Of a stretch of 64,000 bases of DNA, positions 63,287-64,000 are shown one piece after another (positions within the stretch are counted from its first letter, which is position 1; each line of letters starts with the position of its first letter). Source of the stretch: Batkoa obscura (lineage: Eukaryota); the NCBI GenBank assembly GCA_030770535.1, contig JASVEC010000001.1, forward strand, positions 1,116,001 to 1,180,000. Reading direction: 5' to 3'. The translations under genes were made by a program, and so were the position numbers. Below the pieces are notes generated by a model, which saw only the letters and a program-made list of their open reading frames with translations, made no database searches and was not told the origin of the DNA.

Positions 63287-64000
63287 ATGAAAGACGTAAT
63301 TGATCAAGCCATCTTGAATTTGGAACCAAAAGTGGGGGATAATATAGTAAGCTTTGATATCTCATATACGTGGGGTAAAGAGCATATACTACCAAGGGAG
63401 TTGGAGCCTTTAAGGTATGTAGGTGATGATTTAGCGCAATCCTGTCTACCCTATTTAAAATACGCCCCTAGCAATTCTTTAAGGATAAATAACGAGTTTC
63501 GTTTAAATAAATTAAAAGAATTGATTAAAGATGAGGAAACATGTCCCAAAGAAGTTCGCGAGCTATATAAAGAATTGTACCATGTCCCGGAATGGGTAGA
63601 CCAAGATCAAATTAAAAGAGGTCAAACATTATACTGGTCCTACTTCCCTCTTATTAAATTGATATTATTAAACTGTAGCTTAGTTGGTGGGTTTTCAGCA
63701 GAGAAGATAGTAGCCACGTTAAACTGTACAAATTATTTAAATAGCCCAACCAAAGCATACCCAAGGCTATTGGAAACTGCGTTATTTGTGATGGATTGTA
63801 TGTGCTTTGATGAACTCAAACCAGAAGGAAGGGGTTGGCTATCCGCCTTTAATGTTAGGATGATGCATGCTCAAGTAAGACAACATGTTCTACGCTTACC
63901 AAAAGGCTTTTATGATAAAAAATTAAACGGTGTACCTGCAAATCAAGAAGATTTATACTCAACAACACTTGTGTTTTCTTATGTAGTATTAATAAATTTA
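63287..64000 (+). CDS. MpaB/rubber-oxygenase-like (DUF2236) heme oxygenase-family protein, truncated by the window end
   Basis: Own translation: LRYVGDDLA, VPEWVDQDQIKRGQ, SLVGGF, RLLETALFV, NVRMMHAQVR, GVPANQEDL; open to 64000. Confidence 0.88.
   Translation, partial: MKDVIDQAILNLEPKVGDNIVSFDISYTWGKEHILPRELEPLRYVGDDLAQSCLPYLKYAPSNSLRINNEFRLNKLKELIKDEETCPKEVRELYKELYHVPEWVDQDQIKRGQTLYWSYFPLIKLILLNCSLVGGFSAEKIVATLNCTNYLNSPTKAYPRLLETALFVMDCMCFDELKPEGRGWLSAFNVRMMHAQVRQHVLRLPKGFYDKKLNGVPANQEDLYSTTLVFSYVVLINL

Overview
This is a very AT-rich eukaryotic window with introns of about 45-55 nt. The gene content is fungal; an early-diverging lineage is my inference. Protein genes: a JmjC/zinc-finger protein, a long acidic low-complexity protein, a small secreted KR-processed protein, an LRR protein, two convergent MFS siderophore-iron transporter paralogs, a Cdc11/Nud1-like scaffold, CEG1 guanylyltransferase, a SUZ-domain gene absent from the ORF track, mitochondrial uL2, Shp1/p47, PNS1 and a truncated MpaB/DUF2236-like oxygenase. 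RNA genes: tRNA-Pro(AGG), and a tRNA-Arg(ACG) broken by a 4-nt hairpin micro-inversion. The main unannotated system is a transposon consortium. About 30 copies of a ~98-bp MITE have GGGG(A/G)TGT termini and 4-bp A-N-N-T target duplications. Five decayed copies of a ~2.4-2.9-kb Sola2-like DDD-transposase element share those terminal bases and that target type. Both are nested with solo-LTR-like, Tc1/IS630-like and piggyBac-like relics in a ~20-kb island with no protein-coding gene. The island contains an 836-bp inverted repeat that looks perfect by eye. All alignments were done by eye and no database searches were run.
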